Shown: positions 10,158-20,100 of the stretch, piece after piece
How positions within the stretch are numbered: position 1 is the stretch's first letter
Layout: each line of letters starts with the position of its first letter
Assembly: GCA_934121885.1 (NCBI GenBank)
Contig: CAKOVH010000008.1
Span: forward strand, 233-64,232
Reading direction: 5' to 3'
Source: an uncultured Clostridia bacterium
GTDB taxonomy: Bacteria; Bacillota; Clostridia; TANB77; CAG-508
Length of the DNA: 64,000 bases
The notes under the pieces: model-generated
The model's input: the letters and a program-made list of their open reading frames with translations, nothing else
What the model was told of the DNA's origin: nothing
Database searches by the model: none
Position numbers and translations under genes: made by a program

Positions 10158-11433
10158 TTATAGAGCAATGTATAGTGTGCTACGCGAACCTGCATCACTA
10201 GAAGCTATCAAAGGATTACACCATGTATCATATGAAAAAGCTGAACATGCATTTCCCGAATATCCACATCCGACCTCCTCTTAAAAGACGGTAGCCACCG
10301 TTATATGCACACATTGTCCAATCCCATGCATTTCCTGCCATATCATAAATATTATTTATATTTGTAATTTCAGAACTACCTGTAGGTATTATTGATGATG
10401 CTTTTTCTTGTGTTTTTGTTTCCCCATTTTCACTTTCTTTATATTCTAAAGTATTATCATTATAATTTCCATATGCTGCAGAATTTGTTGGAAAGTTTTT
10501 TACTCTTTCATTTGTACTTGTTTGCATCCATCTTAAAGTTGCATCCCATTGGCACCCCCATATCATGCTTGTTGTAACATTACTATTTGCTCCTATTGTT
10601 TTACTTAATTTATACTGTGTATACCATGTTTGATTTCCTATATCTGTATTGTATTTTTGCACCACTGCCTTCGTTTTACTTAAATTTCCTGTTTCGTATC
10701 TTCCTATATAAAATCCACCATAAGTTCTTACACTTTTAATCATATTTTCAAATTCTTTTTGCAATTGTTCTTTAAGATTTTGTGCTGTTGATGTATCTGG
10801 CATACCCGCTTGTTTTAAATTATCAATTGCGGCATCATATTCTGAACCTGATGTACTTTCTTCTCCTTCATTTGCACCTGTTACAACATCTGGTTCTCTG
10901 TATGAACTATTCTTCTTGCTTGGATATGCAACTTTCGTAGATGTTGTACCACTAAACTCCCATAATTGTCCTGCATTATTTTCTTTATCATATATGTCAT
11001 TTATATTAGACACAGGTACCCAAACAAATTCGTTTATTACTGATTTTGCATTTCCATTTGTTCCTTCTTTTATTACAAATCCAGTGGAAACTTTCTTTTC
11101 CCCATCTATAGTTGATGCTGTATATCCTTTTGGTACTGGAACAAATATATTATCTTCGCTTAGAACCTTGTCCACTTTTCTTGTATCCCAATTAGCTGTT
11201 GGATCCACAGGTGGATTATCCATCATATTAGTATACTCACCAATCGCTTTATTAGTAGATTGCTTTTCTGCTTCTAAAGCCTCATTTTGCATTCTTTCTA
11301 TTTCTTGTGAACTTTTCAAAATACCTTGATTACTTAATACTGCATTAATACTTACGGTTGAAAGTATTAACATTATAATTATTGTTATAACTAATGCTAT
11401 TAAGGTAATACCTTTTTGATTATTTTTATTCAT
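10158..11433 (-). CDS. prepilin-like N-terminus fused to an FGE/SUMF1-type (formylglycine-generating-enzyme-like) domain; continuous only with a +1 shift at the in-frame CGG (10270-10272)
   Basis: N-terminus KGITLIALVITIIIMLIL is like a type IV pilin/pseudopilin signal. FGE-like motifs IGRYE, WGCQWDATLRW, AGNAWDWT and LLRGG are present. The annotated ORF (10228-11433) stops 13 codons after the CGG. The +1 frame continues GCGYSGNACSAFSYDTWCNPLIASSDAGSRSTLYIAL to a stop at 10158-10160. 1276-1 = 1275 nt = 425 codons. Confidence 0.65.
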
Positions 11434-11519
11434 TAACTTATCTCCTATTTTTCTCTTTTGATATTATTTCTCACATTTTATCATTTGTTTTTTTCTTTTT
11501 CAATACTTTAACTAAATGT

Positions 11520-11876
11520 TTACTTTGTTTCATCAATATTATCTATTATATCTTTACATTCTTTCCAAGATGTAACTTTTATAAACTCATAATCTTTGTT
11601 TATTATATTTAATATTTTGTTTGTATCATCTTTTGAATTCAAATCTGCTATTATTATATCCTTTACCTGCTCTTCTTTTCCATAAATCAAACGAAATACA
11701 AAATTTCTTAAAAATCCTTCTATTTTATTTTCTTGGTTTTTAACTGCAATAATCATATAAATTCCATCTGATTTTAAATTAGTATATGTACAAATATATA
11801 TAATATTTTTAATTATTTCAATTAAACCATATAGGGCAAGCACCCAAAATATACCATTTATAATAAACTCAAACAT
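11520..11876 (-). CDS. small hypothetical membrane protein
   Basis: 118 aa with one N-terminal TM helix. AGAGAGG sits 7 nt upstream of the ATG, inside the 3' arm of the upstream terminator hairpin. No family recognised. Confidence 0.5.
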   Translation of the reverse strand: MFEFIINGIFWVLALYGLIEIIKNIIYICTYTNLKSDGIYMIIAVKNQENKIEGFLRNFVFRLIYGKEEQVKDIIIADLNSKDDTNKILNIINKDYEFIKVTSWKECKDIIDNIDETK

Positions 11877-11879
11877 AAT

Positions 11880-11922
11880 AAACCTCTCTTTTAATCATAT
11901 CTTATGATTAAAAAAGAGGTTT
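11880..11922 (-). terminator. long hairpin after the ATP-grasp gene (terminator-like)
   Basis: Imperfect ~19-bp inverted repeat AAACCTCTCTTTTAATCAT / ATGATTAAAAAAGAGGTTT with a 5-nt loop. On the minus strand it ends in TTTATT, immediately before the next ATG. Confidence 0.55.
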
Positions 11923-11940
11923 TGTGAATTTCATTTTATA

Positions 11941-12936
11941 TTATTTTTTCATATTTTCTTTAGCTTCTTTTAGGACTTCGTCCATAACATCTTTCATTCC
12001 TCTTTTAGAAACAACTTGTGGTAAATCCCAACCTGGTCCTCTATTACTTTCAATAACAAGTGGTCCATTTTTTGAAATTGCAACATCCCAGCCTATTAAG
12101 TTTACTTTATCATTTACTAATGCTGCTTCTAGTACCATTTTTTTAATTTCTTCCCAATATGGAATTTTAAATCCATCAAATTTGATACCAGTAATACTTG
12201 TTTCAGATTCATTAAGTTTTTTGTCTATACCATTTCCTACAAGCTTTCCTGTTTCTAAATCTACAAGTACACCTTTTCCACCTTGATGAAAATTATCTGC
12301 AATTCCTTTACCACTACCAATTCTAGCTGCTGCAAATAATATTTTAGATTTTCCATTTACTTCGCTTGTCATTATTCTTAATGTGTTTATACTATTGGGA
12401 CTTAGCTTGGCCCATTCTTCATCTTGTATAACTAATTCTTCAACAAATTCACCGTTTTTCTTTAATTCATTAAAGAATTCTTCTTTATTCTCTATCGTAG
12501 AAATATCTACTTTTGTTACATCAGTTCCACCTAATCCTATTATAGGCTTTCTTACAAAAACAGGATGCTTTTGTACAAACTCTTCAAATTTTTCATATCC
12601 TTCATCTGTTGAGCAATAATCTCTTTTTGCATATTTAGCAAAATTTTTGTGAAAGTTTATTTTATTTGAAAAAAACTCTGCATATTCTATACTTGCAATT
12701 ATTTTATATGCTCTATATTCCCCACCAGTTGTAACATATGTTTTTCTTTCTTTTCTCTTTTTTTCGTAAAACTTAAAGTTTAAATAATCTTGTAATCCTG
12801 CTCCATATAGTATTGAACACATACCAGCATCCATAAACATTAGCCAAGCAGGCTTTTTATTTGTTTTTGATATTTCTTTTAAATCATTATAAAATCTTCC
12901 ATAATTTGCAGACATTGCATAACTTAATATTCCCAT
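11941..12936 (-). CDS. sugar-transfer-associated ATP-grasp family protein
   Basis: 331 aa. The N-terminal region ...KPAWLMFMDAGMCSILYGAGLQDYLNFKFYEK... and an ATP-grasp C-terminal half (FHQGGKG, GWDVAI) match this family as I remember it. Confidence 0.6.
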   Translation of the reverse strand: MGILSYAMSANYGRFYNDLKEISKTNKKPAWLMFMDAGMCSILYGAGLQDYLNFKFYEKKRKERKTYVTTGGEYRAYKIIASIEYAEFFSNKINFHKNFAKYAKRDYCSTDEGYEKFEEFVQKHPVFVRKPIIGLGGTDVTKVDISTIENKEEFFNELKKNGEFVEELVIQDEEWAKLSPNSINTLRIMTSEVNGKSKILFAAARIGSGKGIADNFHQGGKGVLVDLETGKLVGNGIDKKLNESETSITGIKFDGFKIPYWEEIKKMVLEAALVNDKVNLIGWDVAISKNGPLVIESNRGPGWDLPQVVSKRGMKDVMDEVLKEAKENMKK

Positions 12937-12968
12937 TTTATTTCTCCCCTTTTTTGTACTTCTTTTTT

Positions 12969-12997
12969 ATTCTACAACATTCGACATTATAATACAA
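12969..12997 (-). promoter_or_regulatory. candidate sigma-A promoter of the ATP-grasp gene
   Basis: Minus strand reads TTGTAT (12992-12997), a 17-nt spacer, then TAGAAT (12969-12974). Confidence 0.45.
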
Positions 12998-13044
12998 GTA
13001 TTTTTATATAAGAGAAATAAAATTTTGATATTAAACAATATACA

Positions 13045-13080
13045 TAAAAAAACCTTACACAAATATGTAAGGTTTTTTTA
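13045..13080 (-). terminator. intrinsic terminator ending the alpha operon (after rplQ)
   Basis: Stem AACCTTAC/GTAAGGTT (13051-13058 / 13067-13074) flanked by A- and T-runs, so it looks bidirectional. Confidence 0.8.
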
Positions 13081-13084
13081 TTTT

Positions 13085-13609
13085 CTATACTAATTCTAAT
13101 ATAACTATTTCAGCAGCGTCTCCTCTACGTTGTCCAAGTTTAAGAATACGTGTATATCCTCCAACTCTTCCTTCATATTTTGGAGCTATTTCATTAAATA
13201 GCTTTGCTATTAAATCTATGTTATTTCCTTCATTATCTTTTACTTTGTTTAATGTTTTCATCATTTTTCTTCTAGCATTTAATCTTGAAGGCATATCTTT
13301 TTGTCTTTTTTCAGTAGTTTCTTCTTTAACTACTTTTAGGTATTCTTTACCATTTTTGCTTTTTGCAAGTTCTGTAACTTTGTTACCTTTGCTATCTAAT
13401 TTAGCTTTAACAACTTTTACATCAACTGTTTCAAAATTATCTTTTTCTTTAACAGCTAATGAAATTAAGCTATCAGCAATTGCTTTAACTTCTTTTGCTC
13501 TTGCTTCTGTTGTTTCTATTTTTCCATGTAACATTAAATCAGTAACTTGTGTTTTTAACATTGCTAATCTTATGTCAGTTGTTTTACCTAATTTTCTATT
13601 TGTTGCCAC
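13085..13609 (-). CDS. rplQ: 50S ribosomal protein L17 (bL17), long form with an internal Lys/Glu-rich insertion
   Basis: 174 aa. The N-terminal [34 protein letters not shown] and C-terminal [25 protein letters not shown] are typical L17. Last gene after rpoA. Confidence 0.93.
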   Translation of the reverse strand: MATNRKLGKTTDIRLAMLKTQVTDLMLHGKIETTEARAKEVKAIADSLISLAVKEKDNFETVDVKVVKAKLDSKGNKVTELAKSKNGKEYLKVVKEETTEKRQKDMPSRLNARRKMMKTLNKVKDNEGNNIDLIAKLFNEIAPKYEGRVGGYTRILKLGQRRGDAAEIVILELV

Positions 13610-13632
13610 TTTGTTTTTCCTCCCTCTTCAAA

Positions 13633-14580
13633 CTATTCTTCATCTCTAATAAAGTCTAATCCTAATAATTGTAATTTATTAGTTACTTCATCTAATGATT
13701 TTTTACCTAAATTTCTTACTTTCATCATTTCAGACATTGTTTTATTTGTTAAATCTTCAACAGTTGATATTCCTGCTCTCTTTAAGCAGTTGAATGATCT
13801 TACTGATAATTCTAAGTCTTCAATTGACATTTCTAATACTTTTTCTTTCTTAGATTCTTCTTTTTCAATCATAACTTGTGTATTTTTAGCAGTTTCTGAT
13901 AAGTCTATAAATAAATCTAAATGACCTGTCATAACTTTTGCAGCTAAGCTTAATGCCTCATATGGTGTTAAGCTTCCATCTGTCCATACTTCGATACATA
14001 ATTTATCATAATCAACTCTTTGACCAACTCTTGTGTTTTCAACAGAATAATTTACTTTTTTTACAGGTGTAAAAATTGAATCTATTGGAAGAACACCAAT
14101 AGCTTGATCTGGCTTTTTATTTTTTTCAGCCATGTTGTATCCTCTTCCCATTTCAGCTGTTAATTCAGCTTTGAATACTCCACCTTCAGCTACTGTTGCG
14201 ATATGTAAATCTGGATTTAGTATTTCTACTGTACCATCTGTTATTATATCTCCAGCTTTTAATTCTCCTGGTCCTTTAAAATCAATTCTTAATAATTTTT
14301 CTTCATTTTTATCTAATTTTAATCTTACACCTTTTAAATTAACTATTATCTCTGGAACATCTTCTACTACATCTTTCATAGTAGAAAATTCATGTAGAAC
14401 TCCATCTATTTTTACGCTTGTTATAGCACTTCCAGGAAGTGATGATAATAATATTCTTCTTAGTGAGTTTCCTATTGTAATACCATATCCTCTTTCAAGT
14501 GGTTCACATACTACTTTTGCATAATTATTATCATTATCAATTTCTAAGCATTTAATATTTGGTTTTTCAAATTCTATCAT
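13633..14580 (-). CDS. rpoA: DNA-directed RNA polymerase subunit alpha
   Basis: 315 aa starting MIEFEKP, with the C-terminal domain motif [16 protein letters not shown]. Confidence 0.97.
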   Translation of the reverse strand: MIEFEKPNIKCLEIDNDNNYAKVVCEPLERGYGITIGNSLRRILLSSLPGSAITSVKIDGVLHEFSTMKDVVEDVPEIIVNLKGVRLKLDKNEEKLLRIDFKGPGELKAGDIITDGTVEILNPDLHIATVAEGGVFKAELTAEMGRGYNMAEKNKKPDQAIGVLPIDSIFTPVKKVNYSVENTRVGQRVDYDKLCIEVWTDGSLTPYEALSLAAKVMTGHLDLFIDLSETAKNTQVMIEKEESKKEKVLEMSIEDLELSVRSFNCLKRAGISTVEDLTNKTMSEMMKVRNLGKKSLDEVTNKLQLLGLDFIRDEE

Positions 14581-14623
14581 TTTTACCTCCTAATTTTTAG
14601 AAATATCTCACTTCTTTATACTA

Positions 14624-15250
14624 TTATTTTGAGTAAAGCTCTACGATTAAGTGCTCTTCGATTGGTAAATCAACTTCTTCTCTAGCTGATAATCTTACAA
14701 CTTTTCCACTTAATTTTTCTGCATCTTTTTCTAACCATGCTGGAACTGGTCTTGAAGCGTTTTCTTCAACACTTGCTTTAACAGCTCCATTGTCTTTTCT
14801 TACTTCTCTTACAGTGATTACATCTCCTGCTTTAACTAGGTATGAAGGAATATCAACTTTTTCTCCATTAACCTCGAAAGTTCCATGTGTTACAAGCATT
14901 CTTGCTTGTGCTCTTGAACTTCCATATCCTAATCTGTAGATAACATTATCTAATCTACTTTCTAATATTTGAAGTAAAACTTCACCAGTTTTTCCTCTTG
15001 ATTGTGAAGCCATTTCGAAGTATCTTCTGAATTGTTTTTCACTTACTCCGTAATATGCTTTTGTTTTTTGTTTTTCTCTTAACTGTGTACCATATTCAGA
15101 TAATTTTTTCTTTTTTTGTCCATTTTGTCCTGGTGCATAGTTTCTTCTTGCAATACTACATTTATCTGAGTAACATCTTGAACCTTTTAAGAACAATTTT
15201 TGTCCTTCTCTACGACAAATACGGCATTGCTCATCTTTATATCTTGCCAT
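14624..15250 (-). CDS. rpsD: 30S ribosomal protein S4 (uS4)
   Basis: 208 aa starting [16 protein letters not shown], followed by an S4 RNA-binding domain. Alpha-operon position. Confidence 0.97.
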   Translation of the reverse strand: MARYKDEQCRICRREGQKLFLKGSRCYSDKCSIARRNYAPGQNGQKKKKLSEYGTQLREKQKTKAYYGVSEKQFRRYFEMASQSRGKTGEVLLQILESRLDNVIYRLGYGSSRAQARMLVTHGTFEVNGEKVDIPSYLVKAGDVITVREVRKDNGAVKASVEENASRPVPAWLEKDAEKLSGKVVRLSAREEVDLPIEEHLIVELYSK

Positions 15251-15280
15251 TTTTAAATTTCACCTTCCTTAATTATTTTA

Positions 15281-15679
15281 CTATACTCTACGTCTTTTTG
15301 GTGGTCTGCAACCATTGTGTGGTATTGGAGTTACATCCTTAATACTACTAATTTCTAATCCTGCTGATTGTAATGATCTAATTGCTGCTTCACGTCCTGA
15401 ACCAGGTCCTTTAACAAATACTTCAACTGATTTTAAACCATGTTCCATTGCTGCTTTAGCTGCTGTTTCTGCTGCTTCTCCAGCTGCAAATGGTGTACTT
15501 TTTCTTGAACCTTTAAATCCAAGCTCACCAGCACTTGCCCAAGATAATACATTACCTTGTGTATCGCTGATTGTAACTATTGTATTATTAAAACTAGAAT
15601 GAATATGAGCCATACCTTTTTCTATGTTTTTTCTATCTCTTCTTCTAGTTACTCTTTTTGTTACATTTTTTGTAGCCAT
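15281..15679 (-). CDS. rpsK: 30S ribosomal protein S11 (uS11)
   Basis: 132 aa with [18 protein letters not shown] and C-terminal [18 protein letters not shown]. Confidence 0.97.
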   Translation of the reverse strand: MATKNVTKRVTRRRDRKNIEKGMAHIHSSFNNTIVTISDTQGNVLSWASAGELGFKGSRKSTPFAAGEAAETAAKAAMEHGLKSVEVFVKGPGSGREAAIRSLQSAGLEISSIKDVTPIPHNGCRPPKRRRV

Positions 15680-15712
15680 TTTTCTAAATTCCTCCTCGCT
15701 TAAAAATATCTA

Positions 15713-16078
15713 TTATTTTTTGCTCTTGCTTACTAATTTTCTTGGTCCTTTTCTTGTACGGGCATTAGTTTTTGTTCTTTGTCCTCTTACAGGAAGACCT
15801 TTTCTATGTCTTAGTCCTCTATAACATCCAATTTCAGTTAATCTTTTGATGTTTAAAGCAACTTCTCTACGTAAGTCACCTTCTGTTTTATAACCTTCCA
15901 TTGCATTTCTGATTGCTTGTACTTGGTCATCAGTTAAATCTTTAACTCTTACATCTGGACTTACTTTTGCTTTTTCTAATATTTTTTGTGAGCTTGCTAA
16001 ACCTATACCATATATATATGTTAAACCAACCTCAACTCTTTTTTCTCTAGGTAAATCTACGCCTGCTATACGAGCCAT
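15713..16078 (-). CDS. rpsM: 30S ribosomal protein S13 (uS13)
   Basis: The true start is [14 protein letters not shown] at 16076-16078, behind GGAGGTGCAAGG. The 41 upstream codons in the ORF track are an artefactual extension. Confidence 0.95.
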   Translation of the reverse strand: MARIAGVDLPREKRVEVGLTYIYGIGLASSQKILEKAKVSPDVRVKDLTDDQVQAIRNAMEGYKTEGDLRREVALNIKRLTEIGCYRGLRHRKGLPVRGQRTKTNARTRKGPRKLVSKSKK

Positions 16079-16289
16079 AATTTTCCTTGCACCTCCACTT
16101 GTTTTTTTATTTTTAATTTTTTTAGTTTGAATTTTATTAAAGGTGAAATGCATTGGATTAAATCCAATCTTTAATTTTTTCAAACAATATATAAAACACA
16201 AACCCGATATATAACCTTATATATGACTTATACATCATATATAAAGTTACAGCCGCTAATCAATAGATTTGTGTTATAAACAATAATTA

Positions 16290-16403
16290 TTATCCTTGTC
16301 TTTGTTTGTGTTTAGGATTATCACAGATAACTCTAATTACACCTTTTCTTTTTATTACTTTGCATTTTTCGCATATTTTTTTTACTGATGGTCTTACTTT
16401 CAT
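16290..16403 (-). CDS. rpmJ: 50S ribosomal protein L36 (bL36)
   Basis: Below the ORF-track size cut-off. Hand translation gives [37 protein letters not shown] (37 aa), with GGTGAAAGAAATG context. Confidence 0.93.
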   Translation of the reverse strand: MKVRPSVKKICEKCKVIKRKGVIRVICDNPKHKQRQG

Positions 16404-16472
16404 TTCTTTCACCTCTACTTAATTTAAAATTTATATATTTTTGGGTTAATTATCAACTTTATTATTTTAAGC

Positions 16473-16691
16473 TTATTTAGCTCTCCAGGTAATTCTGCCA
16501 CGAGTTAAATCATATGGTGATAATTCAACTTTTACTTTATCTCCTGGAAGAATTTTTATGTAATTCATTCTTAATTTTCCAGAAATATGAGCTAATATTT
16601 GATGCCCATTTTCAAGTTCTACTTTAAAATTAGTATTTGGTAATGTTTCTACAACAGTTCCTTCTACTTCAATTACATCCTCTTTTGACAT
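16473..16691 (-). CDS. infA: translation initiation factor IF-1
   Basis: 72 aa counted from [15 protein letters not shown] (start at 16691, GGAGGG 4 nt upstream). The ORF-track N-terminal 11 aa are probably not translated. Confidence 0.95.
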   Translation of the reverse strand: MSKEDVIEVEGTVVETLPNTNFKVELENGHQILAHISGKLRMNYIKILPGDKVKVELSPYDLTRGRITWRAK

Positions 16692-16768
16692 ATTACCCTC
16701 CATTTTTCTTTCAAAAATAGCCAAAATCGCTATTTTATAAACAATATCTTATATAGTATATAACAATT

Positions 16769-17539
16769 TTAAACTAATGTCAAGATTTCTGGCTCTTTTT
16801 CTGTAATTAAAATTGTATTTTCATAATGTGCAGATAAGCTACCATCATCTGTTAAAATTGTCCAACCATCATCATCTTGATAAATCTCGTTACTTCCCAT
16901 AATTACCATTGGTTCAATTGCAAGTGTCATACCAGGTTCAAGTCTTACACCTCTTCCTGGTTTACCATAGTTTGGTATTCCTGGGTCTTCATGCATCTCT
17001 CTTCCAATTCCATGGCCTTGGAATTCTCTTACAACACTATAACCATTTTTTTCAACAAATTCACCTATTGCATGTGAAATATCTCCAATTCTATTTCCCT
17101 TTACGGCATATTTAATTCCTTCAAAGAATGCTTGTTTAGTAACTTCAACTAATCTTTTAGCTTCGTTTGATGCATTTCCTACAATAAATGTTCTAGCTGC
17201 ATCACCATTAAAACCATCTTTATAGACAACTAAATCAATGCTAACTACGTCTCCATCTCTTATTATTTTTTTTGCAGATGGAATTCCGTGTATTATTTCA
17301 TCATTAATTGATACACATAGTGTAGAAGGAAAATTTGGAACACCTCTTACTCCACTTGGATATCCCTTTTGTGCTGGAATACCCCCATTTTCTCTAATAA
17401 TTTTATCTGCAAATTGATCAAGTTCTAGAGAAGTCATTCCTGGTTTTATAAATTTTTCAAGTTCTTTATATACTAAGCTTGTTACTCTACAAGCTTCCCT
17501 CATTAATTCAATTTCTTTTTTTGATTTTATAGTTACCAA
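16769..17539 (-). CDS. map: type I methionine aminopeptidase
   Basis: 256 aa with metal ligand motifs DVVSIDL, GHGIG and EPMV. TTG start; sits between adk and infA. Confidence 0.95.
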   Translation of the reverse strand: MVTIKSKKEIELMREACRVTSLVYKELEKFIKPGMTSLELDQFADKIIRENGGIPAQKGYPSGVRGVPNFPSTLCVSINDEIIHGIPSAKKIIRDGDVVSIDLVVYKDGFNGDAARTFIVGNASNEAKRLVEVTKQAFFEGIKYAVKGNRIGDISHAIGEFVEKNGYSVVREFQGHGIGREMHEDPGIPNYGKPGRGVRLEPGMTLAIEPMVIMGSNEIYQDDDGWTILTDDGSLSAHYENTILITEKEPEILTLV

Positions 17540-17540
17540 T

Positions 17541-18206
17541 TTAATTACTTCCTTCTAAATTATTTAATTCTTTTTTTATGCTTGTAACAGCTTCATCAAG
17601 TTGTTTTGGATAAATAGAATACAATGCATTATTTTTTCTATAAAATTCCAATAATTCTTCTGCATTTTCATGATATACAACAAGTCTTTTTCTAACTGTT
17701 TCTTCATTATCATCTGCTCTCTTTTTTAGTTCACTGCCACAAATATCACAAATTCCACTTTGTTTTGGTGGTCTAGTATCTAAATTATATATTGCACCAC
17801 AAGATTTATTAGAACATGTAACTCTATTTACAATTCTTTTAATAATTTCATCATCTGGAACATTTAGTTCTATTGCAATTCTTTTTTGTGTTGGATTATT
17901 TTTTAATAAGAATTTTTTTAAAGCTTCTGCTTGTGCAGCTGTTCTTGGGAATCCATCTAATATTGCACCATTTTTTACATCATCTTCTAAAAGACGTGCT
18001 TCTACAGTTTCTATAACAACATCATCTGGAACCAATGCTCCATTTGCAATGTAACCTTCAATTTTCTTTCCAAGATCTGTTTTTTTGTTTATTTGTTCTC
18101 TAAATATATCTCCTGTTGAAATATGTGTTAATTTCATATCTTCTGATAATATTTTTCCTATTGTTCCTTTTCCAGTTCCTGGAGCTCCTAACATTACTAT
18201 ATACAT
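17541..18206 (-). CDS. adk: adenylate kinase
   Basis: 221 aa with P-loop GAPGTGKGT and a zinc-lid CSNKSCG...CDICG. Confidence 0.96.
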   Translation of the reverse strand: MYIVMLGAPGTGKGTIGKILSEDMKLTHISTGDIFREQINKKTDLGKKIEGYIANGALVPDDVVIETVEARLLEDDVKNGAILDGFPRTAAQAEALKKFLLKNNPTQKRIAIELNVPDDEIIKRIVNRVTCSNKSCGAIYNLDTRPPKQSGICDICGSELKKRADDNEETVRKRLVVYHENAEELLEFYRKNNALYSIYPKQLDEAVTSIKKELNNLEGSN

Positions 18207-18310
18207 CTATTTTTCTCTCCTATGACTATTTTTCTTATATACGCAATTTATCAGAGGTAAAATACATACAAAATTTATGTTATTTATCCTCTGATTATTG
18301 CACATTATTT

Positions 18311-19627
18311 TTATTCTAAGAATCCTTTGTAATGTCTCATTACTAATTGTGATTCTAATTGTTGTACAGTTTCTAGTGCAACACCTACAACGATTAATAT
18401 TGATGTTCCTCCGAAAGCTAAATCCATATTTGGTATAAATCTTACAAGCATTGGTAAAATTGCAATGATTGCTAAGAATAATCCACCAAACCATGTCAAT
18501 TTACTTATAATTGAAGATAAGTAATCTGTTGTTGGCTTTCCTGCTCTAATACCTGGAATAAATCCACCGTTTCTTTTAATATTATTTGAAACTTCTGCAG
18601 GATTAAATGTTGCATATGTATAGAAGAATGTAAATCCTACTATTAATAATAAGTAAACAACAGCATTGGCAATTGTATAACCAATTTCAACATTTGATGA
18701 TGAAGTTGCTATTGAAAACTTATATAGAACTTCCCAAAATCCTGTTGGATTTTGAGTAAACATTTGAATAATCATTGCTGGAAATGTCATAAATGATGAT
18801 GCAAAGATTATTGGCATAACACCTGCCATTGCAAGTTTTAATGGAATATTTGTATTTTGTGCTCCAACCATTTTTCTTCCTACAACTCTTTTTGAGTATT
18901 GTACTGGAACTCTTCTTTCTGCTTGTTGTACAAATACAACACCTGCAACTAATATAATTGCACCAATGATAATTCCTAATGCTGTTAATAATCCAGTTGT
19001 ACTAAATCCTGTAGCTGGCATTATTAAATTCCATATTGTAGTTATTCCACCAGGTAAGCCTGATACTATACCTACGAAAATTATCATTGATATTCCGTTT
19101 CCAATTCCCTTTGATGTAATTTCATCTCCAAGCCACATTAGAAGTGCAGTACCTGTCATTAATGATATGATAACTGTAAATCCTGTAGCAAATCCTGAAT
19201 CAATGAATATTCCTGAAGCTTTATATGATAGATATAAACCTACTGCTTCTATTAAAGCAAGTACTACTGTTAATAGTTTTGTATATCTATTAATTTTCTT
19301 TCTTCCTTCTTCTCCGCCCTCCTTAGTTAATCTCTCTAAGGCTGGTATAACCATTGCCAGCAATTGTATAACAATTGAAGCTGTGATATAAGGGCTTATT
19401 GACATTGCAAATATAGAAAATCTTGAAAAAGCTCCTCCTGAGATTAAGTCTATAAGACCTGCCATTCCACTAGAACTACTATTCATATATTCTGATAATG
19501 TGAATGTGTCTACTCCTGGCACTGTTATAAAACATCCTAATCTAAATATAACTATTAATAATAATGTATATAATAGTTTTTTTCTAACATCTGGTGTTTT
19601 TAGTGCGTTTTTTATTGTTTTAAACAA
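18311..19627 (-). CDS. secY: preprotein translocase subunit SecY
   Basis: 438 aa multi-TM protein between rplO and adk, with typical SecY motifs (GISPYITASI, GGFIPGIRAG). Confidence 0.97.
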   Translation of the reverse strand: MFKTIKNALKTPDVRKKLLYTLLLIVIFRLGCFITVPGVDTFTLSEYMNSSSSGMAGLIDLISGGAFSRFSIFAMSISPYITASIVIQLLAMVIPALERLTKEGGEEGRKKINRYTKLLTVVLALIEAVGLYLSYKASGIFIDSGFATGFTVIISLMTGTALLMWLGDEITSKGIGNGISMIIFVGIVSGLPGGITTIWNLIMPATGFSTTGLLTALGIIIGAIILVAGVVFVQQAERRVPVQYSKRVVGRKMVGAQNTNIPLKLAMAGVMPIIFASSFMTFPAMIIQMFTQNPTGFWEVLYKFSIATSSSNVEIGYTIANAVVYLLLIVGFTFFYTYATFNPAEVSNNIKRNGGFIPGIRAGKPTTDYLSSIISKLTWFGGLFLAIIAILPMLVRFIPNMDLAFGGTSILIVVGVALETVQQLESQLVMRHYKGFLE

Positions 19628-20062
19628 CTAAATCACCTCTGCCTTTCCTCCTAAAGCTTCAATTTTTTCAATAGCAGCTTTAGTAAATCTTATAGCTTTA
19701 ACTGTTAATTTTTTATCTAATTTTCCTGTTGCTAATACTACGATTCCGTCATTTGCTTTGCTTATAATTCCATCAGCAATTAAGCTTTCAGCTGTTACTT
19801 CTTCAGTAGTTGCTTTATTTAACATTGTTAAAGTTACTTCTGTATAGTTTCTAGCATGAATGTTTGTAAATCCTCTTTTAGGTAATCTTCTATATAATGG
19901 AGTTTGACCACCTTCAAAACCACGTCTTACACCTCCGCCAGATCTTGCTTTTTGTCCTTTATGTCCTCTTCCAGAAGTTTTTCCTAAACCAGAACCAACT
20001 CCACGTCCAACTCTTGTTCTCTTTTCAACTTTTTGTGCTGGTTTTAATTCATCTAGTTTCAT
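19628..20062 (-). CDS. rplO: 50S ribosomal protein L15 (uL15)
   Basis: 144 aa starting MKLDELKP...[25 protein letters not shown]. Confidence 0.97.
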   Translation of the reverse strand: MKLDELKPAQKVEKRTRVGRGVGSGLGKTSGRGHKGQKARSGGGVRRGFEGGQTPLYRRLPKRGFTNIHARNYTEVTLTMLNKATTEEVTAESLIADGIISKANDGIVVLATGKLDKKLTVKAIRFTKAAIEKIEALGGKAEVI

Positions 20063-20100
20063 TATGCAATTACACCTCCTAATTTTTTATATTTAGTTTA

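Noticed and set aside
10136-10227. Apparent 92-nt non-coding gap between recD2 and the FGE-domain gene
   Set aside because: It is not a real intergenic region. It is coding in the +1 frame of the FGE-domain gene (stop at 10158-10160); see the CGG recoding finding.
16152-16168. Perfect palindrome ATTGGATT-A-AATCCAAT considered as a terminator
   Set aside because: The loop would be 1 nt, so the effective stem is short. On the transcribed minus strand there is no following U-tract. It is kept only as part of the spacer observation.
16079-16201. 41-codon N-terminal extension of rpsM in the ORF track; likewise the extensions of infA (16692-16724), rplC (28438-28476), the GH18 gene (54912-54941) and the cpaB-like gene (44633-44659)
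   Set aside because: In each case the conserved protein N-terminus begins at an internal Met preceded by a good GGAGG-type SD. The extensions have no SD and non-conserved sequence.
18207-18494. 95-aa minus-strand ORF overlapping the secY 3' end
   Set aside because: It is out of frame with secY, has a Cys/Arg/Asn-rich nonsense-like translation, and has no SD.
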